This document shows, piece after piece, positions 1 to 14,559 of a stretch of 64,000 bases of DNA. The stretch is from Octopus bimaculoides. Taxonomy: Eukaryota. Numbering within the stretch: position 1 is the stretch's first letter; each line of letters opens with the position of its first letter. Made by a program: the position numbers and the translations under genes. The notes below the pieces were generated by a model. The model worked only from the letters and a program-made list of their open reading frames with translations, searched no databases and was not told the DNA's origin. Location: the NCBI RefSeq assembly GCF_001194135.2, contig NC_068988.1:90026800-90090799 (forward strand), written 5' to 3'.

Positions 1-404
1 TATATATATATATATATATGTATATAATATACCTTTATTTATTAACACATAAAAAGAGGTATATTACAAGTATATATAACGACAGTATATACACACTCTC
101 GCTATACATGATACACATATTACACATGCCTTGTACATTCTACACTTCGTAGTTTTTCATTTCAAACAATAGCTTTCCGCATGTGTATTGATTTCTGTCT
201 CTATCCGATTATCTTGTGGCGCCCCCTGCCTGCTCAATTCATGCTAGATTGCATTACGTGGTCTTCCACGAAAGATGATGATTGCAATTGCGTGCCATTA
301 ATTTATGTACACGTATGTGCTAACCGCTGACATGACAACAGAGATGTTAAAATGAACATCCACATACAGAAATATACGCGCTGCGGATTGATCGAATAAC
401 AATA

Positions 405-435
<31 letters not shown>

Positions 436-530
436 CATACATACATACATACATACATACATACATACGTGTGTATTTGCAAATTTTCCCCTGATATTCT
501 CTGTATATACGCATAATGTACAAGCGTATG

Positions 531-585
<55 letters not shown>

Positions 586-685
586 GCAAACATATAGTTA
601 AGCAGAAATGAATAGAAAATTGATGATTGCAATGAAAGTAATTGATATACACATATATAAACATACGCATACACACACACAAACA

Positions 686-744
<59 letters not shown>

Positions 745-960
745 GCATATATATTTATATATATGCATATATACGAATATATAGACATATACACCTATAT
801 GTATATATACATATGTATGTATGTATGTATGTAGTTGTATGTGTATGTATGAAGTATCATCATTGCACTCATTAATTATCTTTTCATTTCTGCTTTAATA
901 TATGTTGGTCTATCTCTATTCATCTACCTATCCATCCATATATGTATGTATGTATGTATG

Positions 961-1008
<48 letters not shown>

Positions 1009-1530
1009 CATCTATTAGGTCTGTCTACTTAGCTATCAATATGTGTCAGCATACCTGTCTGCCTTCTGTCTGTCAATCTATAGGTTATGAATCAATGTCT
1101 GTAATTGTTATAAACGACGCACTCTTTAACGTATCTAATATCAGTGTACGATGGTACACACACACACAGACACATGTGCGTGTGTATATACGTGTATATA
1201 CCAATATACATACATATACATATACGTATATGACCCTCCTCTNNNNNNNNNNNNNNNNNNNNNNNNNNNNNNNNNNNNNNNNNNNNNNNNNNNNNNNNNN
1301 NNNNNNNNNNNNNNNNNNNNNNNNNNNNNNNNNNNNNNNNNNNNNNNNNNNNNNNNNNNNNNNNNNNNNNNNNNNNNNNNNNNNNNNNNNNNNNNNNNNN
1401 NNNNNNNNNNNNNNNNNNNNNNNNNNNNNNNNNNNNNNNNNNNNNNNNNNNNNNNNNNNNNNNNNNNNNNNNNNNNNNNNNNNNNNNNNNNNNNNNNNNN
1501 NNNNNNNNNNNNNNNNNATGGGGGGTGTCT

Positions 1531-1573
<43 letters not shown>

Positions 1574-2729
1574 CGTATATATATTAATATATAAATATAG
1601 GATATATGTATATATCTATGTATGTGTATGTATGTCGATCGATAAACACATACCTATACAGATAAACACAGAGAGAAACAGCGAGAGAGACAGAGAGACA
1701 GAGAGACAGACATATCCACTATAGCTCACACTGAGAGGTGCGAGTGCGTGCGACTTATTTGATTGCGTGTGACCATTTGTGCATGTTTAGTTACGTGCGC
1801 ATACGCGCGTCTGTGGTGGTGGTGTAATGTTTGGGTGAACGTCTGTACCCCGTTTTTCAATTGTTATTTCTATCATATGTCTATTCTATCTCGAGAATAT
1901 CGGTCGGAAACAAGGAAATTATTTCACTCAGCATACTCTTATCTCAAAAAATATATTTTAACATTTCTTTCATGATGTAAGGGAGTTTCACCTTCTAATA
2001 TCCTCCATTAAATCTTATCTTTTCCCCTTTTTTTCATTCCCTCAAACATCTGATTCATTTTTCTAATTCATACTTACTAATAGCAAGATAATGGTTTCTT
2101 GCTATTTCTGAGTTTCCGTTGATTTCCAAACGCTTGTCAGATGACAACGCAATTACTCTACTACGATCTATTGTCTGCATGGAATAGGTTTTAGACAGCT
2201 CTTCCATAGATGCAAAGAGTAGTTGAGAGATTCAAACGTTCTATGTAAGCATATAGAGTTCATCTGAATATATGTGATTATTTATTGTTTCCATTTACAT
2301 GCATACACTCACACACACACACACATACATTCACACAAACACATATAGACACACAGAAACACAAATACACACCAACACACGCACACACACACACACACAC
2401 ACACATACAGACAAATGTTNNNNNNNNNNNNNNNNNNNNNNNNNNNNNNNNNNNNNNNNNNNNNNNNNNNNNNNNNNNNNNNNNNNNNNNNNNNNNNNNN
2501 NNNNNNNNNNNNNNNNNNNNNNNNNNNNNNNNNNNNNNNNNNNNNNNNNNNNNNNNNNNNNNNNNNNNNNNNNNNNNNNNNNNNNNNNNNNNNNNNNNNN
2601 NNNNNNNNNNNNNNNNNNNNNNNNNNNNNNNNNNNNNNNNNNNNNNNNNNTATATATATATATATATACATATATCTAGATAGATAAATAGTCATAAATA
2701 TTTAATACATATGTATAAGGTATACATAT

Positions 2730-2895
2730 GCGCAGGCGTAGCTGTATGGTAAGAAGTCCTCCTCCCAACTGCATTGATCCCGGGTTCAGTCTCTGTGTGG
2801 CGTCATGGGTAAATGTCTTCTATAACCCCGACCCAACCAAAGCATTGTGAGTGGATTTGGTTGACGGAAACTGTAGAAGCCCGTCGTATATATGC
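2730..2895 (+). mobile_element. tRNA-derived SINE, family A (CORE-like central segment)
   Basis: A-box-like GCGTAGCTGTATGG, B-box-like CCGGGTTCAGTC and a central GGCGTCATGGGTAAATGTCTTC (CORE-like ACCTTGGGCAAGT in better copies). Homologous copies at 9455, 18050, 41640, 53535 and 63760. Confidence 0.8.
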
Positions 2896-3049
2896 ATTTA
2901 TATATGTGTGTGTTGGTATGTGTGTGTGTTTGTATGTGTGTGTGCGTGTGTGCCCGAGCGAGTGTGAGTATGTGTGTGTATGTATATGTGTGTGTGCGTG
3001 TGTAGAAGGGAGGGAATATATATGTGTACACACACAAAAAAAAAAGGTT

Positions 3050-4330
3050 TCGAAAAACTTGTTTAGTGAGGAGATTTATGTACAGTGATGTAATCGTGAA
3101 TTGAAATATGTAAGAAGATAAAAGGTGGTTATGCGTGCATATTAAGACGTGTTCTGTATTTTTCAATGAAAAAAGTTTCTTTAAACGTTCTTGTGGAGAG
3201 ATTGTGTCTTTGCACTGGTAGAATGGGAAGACAGTGAAATTTGGTTTGATGTTATCTGCAAATTTTTCTATATGTTAACTGAGAGGAATTTGCCTGTTTT
3301 GCGGGAAAAGGATTTGCTCTTTATGTAGAGTGGTTCTTCTTCTCAAGGTCATACTCGTCTTTCCAGTATAGTTATGTCCGCAACCCGAGCAGGTTATTAC
3401 ATAAATTAGGTTCTCAGAGGCACACGTGAAACTAGTTTTAATTGTGAACCTCTGTCCTCGTTTGAAAAGGAAATCAGAGCCTTCAAGTAAGTTGTGGCAG
3501 GTTCCACAGTTTGAGCGTCCACATGTTTTAACAATGGTCTCGTGGTTGTTTTGTAGAACTTCGCATTTGTTAGTAGTCTCTTTAGCGATTTGTGTTGCAT
3601 TTTGCATTTGCGGAGTTTGTACGTTTTCAGGATGTCGTTAATGTTTGGATCCCTAGTTAGTAAAGGAAGCTTTTACACAATACTGTTGAAAACCTCACTG
3701 TTTCTGGGATTGCGTGTTGATATAGACAGTAGTGTTTTGAGATGTTTTGGCACGTTTAATTAATCCCCCCGTCTATAAGTGAGGGTGGATATTGTCTTTC
3801 AGTAAGCGTTGTTTTGAGGTCTTAAAGACGAAGGTCCCGAGTAGTTCTATCAGACACTGTTGTGAAAATTCTTTTTGCCAAATTGAAAGGGATATTTATT
3901 TTGATGTGTTTCGGGTGGCATGAGCTAAAGAGGAGATATTTTTTTGAGTCAGTTGGTTTATGATAGATGTTAGTTATGATTTGATTGTTGACATTTTTTT
4001 ATCATGATGTCTAAAAATGGGAGCTGTTCTTTGTTATATTTCATTGTGAATTGAATGTTACTATTTATATCATTTAGTGTTGATTTGAAAATAAAAGTTT
4101 TTCGATGTTCTCCTTCCAAATGATAAAACAGTCATCCAGATATCTTTTCCAATTTTCTCTTATGCAAAGGTAAAATGGGTAACCATATTTCTGAAGTGAT
4201 ACTTCATATAAGGTGAATTCAAAATAACCCATTATTAGGTTCGCAAGGACAGGGGCTGCTTTCGTTCCCATCGCAATTACATTTACATAAATTTTTAACA
4301 ATACAACTATACATATTTTTACATTCAGTG
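3050..4330 (-). mobile_element. Penelope-like retroelement relic (RT C-terminal half + GIY-YIG endonuclease), with stops and frameshifts
   Basis: RT motifs AMGTKAAPVLANLIMGYFE and WKRYLDDCFIIW (ORF 4074-4523); downstream SCHPKH motif; GIY-YIG segment CASENLIYVITCSGCGHNYTGKTSMTLRRR (ORF 3275-3607). Confidence 0.9.
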
Positions 4331-4715
4331 AAGGAAAGATAGTGAGAGAAAGTGAGAGAAAGTAGGAGCAGTGAAAGAGAGGAAGTGGCAAATAGAGCCT
4401 CGTGTATCTTCTACTATAATAATCTGCTATAACAATACTCTCGTGCACTTCTCCCTCACAACTTATGAATGAGAAAGGAAGGGGTGATCCACCGATGGAA
4501 GTGAAATGGTGATGGTGAAACAAAAATCAAACACCGCTTCAACTCTGTTTGAGTATATGTGTGTTTGTATGTTAAACGTAGGAACGTGAATGTTTGTTTG
4601 TGTGGTTGGGTGTGTTTGTGTAAAATAAATTTATATATTTGAGTGTATATGTATTTGTATATGTTTATTTAGGAAGATACATAGAAAATAGAATTACAGA
4701 CACACGTACGTACAT

Positions 4716-4747
<32 letters not shown>

Positions 4748-4834
4748 TTAAAAATGAAAGAAGCGGGCTGTGACAAAGTATAGAAAACTGCGTTCGCTAC
4801 AGACAGTGATACTCATGCATATAGATGTACACAT

Positions 4835-4872
<38 letters not shown>

Positions 4873-5937
4873 GCACACATGTTCATACAGAGTTAAAGCT
4901 CAGTTTGATTCTTTTTCACCTTCTTCTACCCTTTTTATATATAAAATACTACAACTAGCCGTCATTTTTTTACGGCATGGGGGGGGGCAGATAGTANNNN
5001 NNNNNNATAAAATACTACAACTAGCCGTCATTTTTTTACGGCATGGGGGGGGGCAGATAGTATATATATATTTCACTACAACGTGACAGACACATTGTCC
5101 CGAATGACTGTTTCACAAAGTAACTCAGCTGAAGGTACAACACATCCATGTGACGTTATTCAAACGTATTCTAAACAACAGTACGTCATTTGTCTGTTTG
5201 AGACACCTTTCACTTTACATTTTTTATTATATATCTCAATGACATTTTCATCAATACCCCCATAATTCATCGATTTAATAACAGAATTAAAAACATAAAA
5301 ATGCCTTAAAAATAAGAAACTTTGGCATTTCATACCTTTATATTAAGAAAGCAATATTTATTAAAAACTTATTCCTCTCTAAATCACATATTTAATCGAA
5401 ACTGAACTGGACGCAAAGTGTTTCCTTTTTTTATAATTGGAAATATCATATTTTGAGTTCTGCTTTATCTATGATATCCATTAGATGTCTATCAGAACGT
5501 AATAAAAAATAGCATTTGCGTCAATGCGTGACAGTCCCCTACGTATAATATTTATGACAAATTCTCAATACATAATATTAAACACATCTCCCTTTAATTT
5601 TGTCTTATTCTGTCTTCATTTATATCCTAGTAAACTTTCTTTCACACCCCTCCCTTCCTGACACTATCTCCTCTATTTCTACGCACACAAACGTGTATAT
5701 ATATATATATATNNNNNNNNNNNNNNNNNNNNNNNNNNNNNNNNNNNNNNNNNNNNNNNNNNNNNNNNNNNNNNNNNNNNNNNNNNNNNNNNNNNNNNNN
5801 NNNNNNNNNNNNNNNNNNNNNNNNNNNNNNNNNNNNNNNNNNNNNNNNNNNNNNNNNNNNNNNNNNNNNNNNNNNNNNNNNNNNNNNNNNNNNNNNNNNN
5901 NNNNNNNNNNNNNNNNNNNNNNNNNNNNNNNNNNNNN

Positions 5938-5968
<31 letters not shown>

Positions 5969-6572
5969 TATATAATATATATTTGCATGTTTATATATAT
6001 ATACATGTATATATATGTGTGTACATATATGTATATATAAATATACATTTATATATACATACGCACGCACACATACATATACATTACATGCATACATATA
6101 TACACTTATACATACATACATTCATACATACATACGTACATACATTCATCCATGAGGCATACTTACGTACATAGATGCATAAACACATGCAGGCGTGAAA
6201 ACATATAGAGATAGACGAGATAGAAATGTATTTACAAGGGACACAAAAATACAGAATCAAATTTTAGAATAGGTAAATTCATAACTAGAAATCTGTTTCA
6301 GTAACCCCAGAGTTACCTAACAATCATAAGCAGAATAAATGAGCGAAATATCACGGGTGTTTAACTGGTACCCGATCACTTGTAGATATTACAATAAATA
6401 CTGAACACCCTCATCAACAGAAGGTTAGCAACATTGTTGCCCTTGACGAAGAAATGTTAGATTCTTTTGAGCACGACTCAGTGCTTTCCATACTGAGAAT
6501 TCCCAAATAACACATATTTTTTGCATACATACACACTCACACACACACACACACGAATATATATGTATATGC

Positions 6573-6620
<48 letters not shown>

Positions 6621-6898
6621 NNNNNNNNNNNNNNNNNNNNNNNNNNNNNNNNNNNNNNNNNNNNNNNNNNNNNNNNNNNNNNNNNNNNNNNNNNNNNNNN
6701 NNNNNNNNNNNNNNNNNNNNNNNNNNNNNNNNNNNNNNNNNNNNNNNNNNNNNNNCAAAATACAAATGTAGAGTTTTTTTTTCTTTTCGAGGGGGACGAA
6801 AACAAAGCAGAAAAAAAAACGAAAGTGGGGACAACGATGAAAAAAAAAACATCGCAAAACGTTTGGGGTATTTACAAAAAAATACGAAATAATACAGA

Positions 6899-6967
<69 letters not shown>

Positions 6968-8349
6968 GAGATATTTCATATTAATTGTTTGAATATGAAT
7001 CGAAGTTAATGCTCGTGCACTCTTATCGACCAGATCGAAGCAAACTATTTCTCGGTATTCCAACATCTTTTTGAAACAATGTATCACATTTTTATCTTGG
7101 TCTATGGTAATAGTATCATTGACGTGCTGTTAATGTGCTGGACCGTTTTTCATAGTAAAACGCTTTTAGTGCCTATGTTTTAGTTGTTTTGTCTTCTCAA
7201 TTATTCGGCTTCGATATTGTCTATATGTCTATATGTATACCATATTTCACAACCTGATATTTTCAATGGTTTTTTTTTTTCCCCTGTAATTGACAATTGA
7301 CAATCACCAAACCAATTCATGCTAGTCAAATCTGAAGACTGTATTAGTTCTTCAACTCAATGCGATTACATACCATGAAATGATAAGTAAATAGACAATT
7401 TCAAGGAAAGAAAATTAACTTCAGAATAACTATGTCCGAAAGCGAAAATCAAACAATGACCAGTGAGTCAAACCACCACCTTAAAAACTGTCCTAAGAAA
7501 ATAATAGAGATATAAGATTAGAAACACGCAAACGATAAAGCTGATATAGAATAAATAACCCCATTCCAGCACATTGTTAATAGGGTGAGTATCAAAAGAA
7601 GACAGTTCTCGGATAACAGTCGCACTACTGCATTGTTGAAGTTCTGAATCAATTTGTTCATTTTATATTAACAGTATACACTACAACTTTTAATGATATT
7701 GAATACACTCTTCGTATATCAATTGGAAATGTACACAAACACACGCACACCACACACTACACACACACTTACACACATATACATATATATAGCTGAAAAA
7801 AAATTGGAGTCAAGAAGTACAGTTGGAAATTTATATTCATTCCCTACAATTGTTTCTACGCAGGTACTTGATTATGCAACCGTTTCGCTGCATTATGTGA
7901 TCTATTTGTGTTTCCTCAGGCGATATGTAAATATTGTCCCCGTAATTTCAAATTCTCCACTTCAAGAGCATTCCTCCTGTCTGTCGGGGCCTCGAGTTAG
8001 TAGTAGTCACTGAATTTATCAAATGTATGTTGTTGCTGGTAGGACCGTTTTCAACCTTCTTTGAACGCATAGGTGCAGTGGGATGGTGATTCTACTAGTT
8101 AAAGTGGTTGCCGTTTTAAAGGGAATGGCATTTGATTTCTTTGTACCTTTGATTTCTCCTTTTGACACTGATGTAAACACTATCCTGATACATATATATN
8201 NNNNNNNNNNNNNNNNNNNNNNNNNNNNNNNNNNNNNNNNNNNNNNNNNNNNNNNNNNNNNNNNNNNNNNNNNNNNNNNNNNNNNNNNNNNNNNNNNNNN
8301 NNNNNATATATATATATATATACACATATGTACGTATTTACATAGGTAA

Positions 8350-8422
<73 letters not shown>

Positions 8423-8759
8423 CAGACATACCTTTACATATATACATCCATACATATACACGAACACACGCATCCAGGCACTGACACGCGCACACACGCA
8501 CTGACGCATACATATACACACACATACACACACGTACACACACACAAACACACATATACACACACACAAATATATACGAAGTTTTAAATTCATTCAGTCA
8601 GATACCCGACAAGCTATTAAGTAGCACTAAAAAATCGAAATATTTTATTCCTCTGATATGCCGAAGAACCGTGTTAGAAGATTCACGTGTTTCGCGTATG
8701 TCAGAGATGAGAAAAATTAAAGTGTGTGTATTTACGAATATAAAACAGTAAATCATGAG

Positions 8760-8841
<82 letters not shown>

Positions 8842-9454
8842 CGTAGTCAGACAGACAGACAACGGAATAAATAGACAATGCATACCTATTTCTTTATATG
8901 TATATTATTAACAGCAGCCGACGAGACATAACTTAACATTTGAATTATGTTATTTCTTAGTTCAGATCCATGAATTAAACCAACCAATCGCATTATTCAC
9001 ATGTTATTGATAAATTAAATTATTGAAACCATTCAAGAGTTTTGATAATAAAGAAAATTCCATTTTATTTAGAACACAACTATGAACATCTGAATACTAC
9101 ACAGGAAATATAAATATATCAGTAAGAGGAATCCTATAAAGATACCAGGCACTTTGTTATATTACAATTTTCTGGAACAGGCAGACATTTTCTCCCTCAA
9201 CTTGTCTCTCTTCCTCTCTCATTTTCACCTCCCACTCCTGTCCCTGTCTCTCGCTTTAACTATGAAATCCACAGTCGTTATCTTCTTTTCTAAGACTTCC
9301 TTTCCTCCCTCTCCCTATCTTACTAATACCCGTATTAAATCTTTGTTTCTGATTTCCAATGAAAATAGTAACAAGTATTTAAGAAATACTGAATGTGAAT
9401 TATATACATTCATATACACATACATATATATATGTACATACATTAGCTGTGTAG

Positions 9455-9610
9455 CCGCAGGTGTGGCTGCACTTCTCGACGACAAGGTTCCGGGTTCAGT
9501 ACCACTGCTTGGCACCTTGGTCAAATGTCTTCTACTAAGGTCACAGACCGACCAAAGCCTTGTCAGTAGATTTCCTAGACGGGAACTGAAAGCTCGTCGT
9601 ACACATGCAT
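9455..9610 (+). mobile_element. SINE family A copy
   Basis: GTTCCGGGTTCAGTACCACTGCTTGGCACCTTGGTCAAATGTCTTC...GACGGGAACTGAAAG matches the copy at 2730. Confidence 0.8.
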
Positions 9611-9719
9611 GCATACATACAAACATACAGACATACAAACAGACATACAGATAGACATAAATATTGACTAACAAATAGACGGACAGGCAGACAAATAGGT
9701 ATGGACGTATATCTGATGC

Positions 9720-9915
9720 TATGTATGTGTCCGTGGTTGACTCCCATCACCGCTTCGCTAGCGATGTCGATTTGCCTGTACTGCGTACTGTAGCGGTTGC
9801 GTAGAGAACGCCATTAGAATTATTCAACCTGAAAATATATAACTGGGTCGATTCGAGCGACTAAAATCCTTTGAGACAGTGCCCCAGCATGGCAGCAGTC
9901 TAATGACTGAAACAA
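9720..9915 (-). mobile_element. SINE module B copy (GCGGCCATGCTGGGGCAC type)
   Basis: Reverse complement reads ...GACTGCTGCCATGCTGGGGCACTGTCTC...; homologues at 17440, 41770, 53200 and 63575. Confidence 0.7.
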
Positions 9916-9922
9916 GTGAACG

Positions 9923-9968
<46 letters not shown>

Positions 9969-9980
9969 CGTGTGTGTGTT

Positions 9981-10023
<43 letters not shown>

Positions 10024-10929
10024 ACACACACATGCAGAGAAGGACAGGGAGAGAGAGAGAGAGACAGACAGACAGACACAGACAGAGAGAGAAGACAGCC
10101 GTGCGTTTACATCTAATACAAAAGAAAATTTGGTAATTAATTCGAAAAGTTTCGCCTCTATTGATTTCATGACTTATGAGGTCTAGTGAGCTGAAACGTC
10201 GAACTCAGTGAAACGTATCCAGTTAAAGATATTTCAACAGTCACCCTTCGATGAATGATCCAATGTACTGTTTGAAGTTAATGGGGTCCATTCTGGGATT
10301 GAATTATTTTCAGATAATGTTAAATACAACCTGAACCTTTATAGGAAAGAATTTGTATATGCTGTGGGTGTGGCATATATGTATATATAATTATTTATAT
10401 ATACATATATTCCTAAATTGATCAATAGACCAACTGAGTTAACCTACTAGTAATGTATCGATAATGACTAGTGGAATCAGCTGTTACCCAAATTTCCTCG
10501 AATAAAGAAAAATATGTAATACTCATTACTTTAACTTGTTTCTTAAACATATCACTCTGTGTAAAAACCAGATTGTCTGAGCGCATCCTCCTATTTACAA
10601 TATAGAAATGTGATAAACCATAACTTTGGACCGTACCAAAAGACTACCGGGAGTTCTTCACTAATCTAAATAATACTGTTAGCCTGTTGTGCCAACAGGT
10701 AGCTTATGAAGTCTTCTGCCAGGATTGATAATCCCGTAAGGAACGTAATGCATATTGCAGATTTATATGTGCACTGATGATAAAACAGTAAGCAAGTTTG
10801 CTGCTTCTAACCAAAGAATGCCACAGAAATGTAGGTTTAATATGAAAATTAATTCACTTATGCATGAAATCTAGTCGTCTTCGTTTAATTGCGAACTCGT
10901 ATAATATCCTCCCATCCAGCTCCTTCTTG

Positions 10930-12560
10930 ATGTTCAAGTCGTTCCAAATCCTTTTCCCGATGGAAATACGAGCCAGTTAAGACAGCCGTTCTTGGACCAT
11001 TGCGCTTCTCAGATATGAGTGGATTCTAGCCAACGTTGAGAAATTTCTCTCATTAACGACTGATATTAAGGGGATGGTCAGCACTAGCTTAATTAGTTTA
11101 ATGGATTCCGGCATAGCGGAGGTTAACTCCAATTTATAACTTAATTCTAAAATGGAATTGACTGACTTGCATCTTTTGAAATCACTGTGAATAAACATAT
11201 ATTTTAGCTTTCACAAAGCTCTAACAGTCAAAAATGCAGGGATACTTGTTTTCTTCATATTTTGCATGAGAAACGAGTTAGCAAACTTTTCAATCTTATT
11301 AATCTCTTGTAATTCAAAACATGCATATTCTTGAATCACAGAAAATCTCTCTCGTACGGTCATTAGGATGTTATTAATTACTTTAAAATAGGTAGTTTTG
11401 TAATTAATTTGTGCACCTTCATTATCTAGGAGGAAGATCGGACTCATCTACCTGTTCAATCACAGCAGCTGTATCGTGCAGAAGGTTTTCATAATGTTCG
11501 TCCTTACGATAACCTTCAACACAATGAATGAAGTCATTTAGTTTACTCTGACCATGCTTTATTTCGAGTAGCTTACCTTGTAGGATATCAAAGACTTTTC
11601 CAGCCTGAGAAAGTATTCTATGAAAGTAATTGATGAAAAACATGAATGTGAAATCGTTCAACTTTGCCATTAGATTGTCTGTTTGACAAAGTGCATCTTC
11701 ATCCTTCTTTTCGCTAGAGCCTAGAATACGTGTCGTGGCATTTTCCAAGTTTTCATGCAATAGTTTTATGCATGACACAGTCCTTGATCTCTAGCACCAT
11801 CTTGTCTCGCACGTTGATGGAATACTGACGTTAAACTGCCTGAAAACGTTTTCCTGATGGGTGCTGGAGGATGTAAATTTACTAAATGCGCGTAAATACG
11901 GAATTTTTTTTTTTTATTTCACTCACCTTCTCGACACTTTTACTCAAGACTAAGTTAAGTTTATGCAAATAGCAGTGAATGAAGTGCGCGTGTTTAAATC
12001 CTTTATCCCTTAGTTTGCCCTGTACTCCGTTTAGCGTTTCTCCCATTACAGCTGCTCCGTCTTAAGTCTGGCTCACTAATTTATCTGTAGCGTCACCGAA
12101 GGAGTTCAACCGAGTTGCGATCACATCAACTGGTCTTCTAGCACTTTTATCATCACTGTCTTCATAGAATCCAAGAAATCGTTCACATGTTTTTGTCTAC
12201 ATATACATATCTTATTGTGATTGACAGTTGGGCATGCATTGCACAGTTTGTAGTTTCATTGGCGTGTACAGACATAAACAGATTTTCGTCAACTTCACTT
12301 CTAATTTCATCAGAGATGACATTTCCAACCGCTTGTATTTGGTCGTTTTGTATTGTATTTGAGACTCCTGAAAACTGTTTCTACCCCTCTTTAATAGAAA
12401 GTCATGAAGCAAACACGCTGTCGATATCCGCAAATCACTGCAATAGTACATGGTAATTTCCTCGTAAAGGCAGCTCTTCCTTACACAGATATTACACTCC
12501 ATTTGTTACCTGCTTCAAATATTGTCTGTTTTCTTCAGTTGCTTTGTTATGCCGTTCTTT
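10930..12560 (-). mobile_element. hAT-superfamily transposase relic (DUF4371/ZMYM1-like core + C-terminal dimerisation domain)
   Basis: FSGVSNTIQND...HANETTNCAMHAQLSITIRYV...ERFLGF; GVQGKL...HFIHCYLHKLNLVLS; PSTCETRW; C-terminal KLVLTIPLISVVNERNFSTLARIHSYLRSAMVQERLS. Split across frames. Confidence 0.88.
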
Positions 12561-12599
12561 TTCCAGTTTAGTAGACTCACTAATAGTTGTTACAATATC

Positions 12600-12800
12600 G
12601 CACAGTCCGACGCCGGGCAAAATGCTTAGAGGTATTTCGTATGTCTTCATGTTCTGAGTTCAAATTCCGCCGAGGTTGACTTTGCGTTTTATCCTTTCGG
12701 GTCAATAAATTAAGTACCAGTTGCGTACTGGAGTCGATCTAATCGACTGGCACCCTCTCCAAAAATTTTGCGCTTTGTGCCTAGAGTTGATAAGGATATC
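12600..12800 (+). mobile_element. tRNA-derived SINE, family C (Meta-domain-like core)
   Basis: GTTCTGAGTTCAAATTCCGCCGAGGTTGACTTTGCGTTTTATCCTTTCGGGTCAATAAATTAAGTACCAG. The core resembles the MetaSINE domain from memory, not verified. Homologues at 19985, 23945, 26240, 26425 and 29410. Confidence 0.8.
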
Positions 12801-12869
12801 GTACAGTTCGAAAGTTTTCAAGCTTTTATAACTACTTAAATGATTCACTGATTCACTGTGTGTGTGTGT

Positions 12870-12910
<41 letters not shown>

Positions 12911-14160
12911 TGTGTGTATGTATGTATTAACCATAGGACCAAAGACTAAAAAGTTTCCTAGAGTAGTTAGATAAATGTAACATTGTGTCTGCCAATGAAT
13001 AAGCAAGAAACCTAATTGTGTAACCCGCCTGTCACGTTTGCATATGATAATTTCATGTACCTATTTAGATATGTATATATATACATTCCGAGATGGATAC
13101 ATAGATAGCAAGGTAGACAGACGAAAAGACGAACAGACACATACACACAGACACAGACACACAAACACAGACACACACACACGTACACAACACACACACA
13201 TACACACACACACGTATATATATTAATATATATATATATGCATATGTTTCCATGTGCTTGCGTGTATTTATATGTATGTGTTTTGTGTGTGTGTTTATAA
13301 ATGTGTGTATATGTATATACGTATGTATATAAATAAATGTTAATAGATAGATAGATAGACCTACACGCACATATGCTGTGTGTAAATGGTATGTATAAGA
13401 TGTATATGATAATTAGATTGCTATATAAAATATTGATACAGCGGTCCTTTCTAAATGCTATTGTATGTGACCTGTGAACCATATTTTATTAGGGAGATCG
13501 ATAAGTAGAAATCATAACACTGATTGAATTAGGCAAAGAATATAATATATCCTGAAAGAAAGAATTCTCATCGTGTGTGGCTATATATGTGTTTGAAGAA
13601 TTATAGCAGTTAGTATGAATATATATGAATATGTGTGTGTGTGCGTGTGTGCGTATGTGTGTATGTATGCGTAGGTGTAGCTTTAGGTGTGCATATGCTG
13701 TAATTTATAAACAGCTGGAATTCGAGAAACTTCGATATTTATGTAGATTCTTGTAAGATATTTACATATGTATGTAAATTGGAATAATAAACCTTTATAT
13801 ATCTATATGAATGCAAAGATGTACATATTTATAGATAATCATACCTACAAATACATATGCACACACACACATACACACACCCACACAGACAAACACACAC
13901 ACACACACACATATGAACTCTGCATTTGTGCGTTATATGAATAGGGTATGTTGTTCTACGTATTTATTCCTGCACTTAAGGACTGTTGTGTTTTTCTTGA
14001 CATGTTAATTTGTATTATATGCGATCTTCAGAAATGGAAAATTGTATTATGGGTTCAAATGTGGAATTGTGTCATTTCTAAGGGAGTAACATATTTGCAT
14101 TTCCAGCATTTGAAGACCAAACTTAGAGCAATGTTTAACACATTACCCGCCATAGATTAC

Positions 14161-14223
14161 CTTTGTTGGTTTACTTCCGATTCTAATATCCAAGGAAATG
14201 TATCATAGTATGAACTCGCTTCT
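14161..14223 (-). CDS. Candidate 63-nt internal exon (phase 2/2), EASSYYDTFPWILESEVNQQ; product unknown
   Basis: tacag|AGA...CAAAG|gtaatc. Only one of three frames is open, and its phase fits the candidate exon ending at 16497. Confidence 0.25.
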
Positions 14224-14559
14224 CTGTATCCATAAATGTAAATACACAACCCTAATCTCACTCTCGCACGCGCGTGCGCTCATACACACAAATGCTCACA
14301 CAAACACACATGCACACACCCACACACACACACACACACACATACATTATCTTTTTCTTCTTCTTTTTCATGTTATTAATCTTTTTTAGCCATGTCTGTA
14401 GTTGAGTGCTCCAATTACTATTGGCATCACGTCTACTCAGTTCAATGATCACAACCTCCATGTTTTCCACTTTATATAACTGTAGTTGTTCAGTTTCCCT
14501 TCTTTCTCTTTGATACCGTTGTCAACGGGACCCGCTATGTCGATAACAGTGCATGTTCT

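Noticed and set aside
4941-5062. 56-bp direct repeat around a 10-N gap, including a GCCGT/ACGGC hairpin next to CTAG
   Set aside because: Most likely an unmerged contig overlap; the Helitron-end-like hairpin alone is too little to call.
10165-10215. CTTATGA-GGTCTAGTGAGCT-GAAACGTC, hammerhead-like
   Set aside because: Core mismatch at G5, imperfect stem II and no stem I pairing.
11915-11935. Strong minus-strand donor AAG|GTGAGT
   Set aside because: It falls inside the continuous hAT transposase reading frame.
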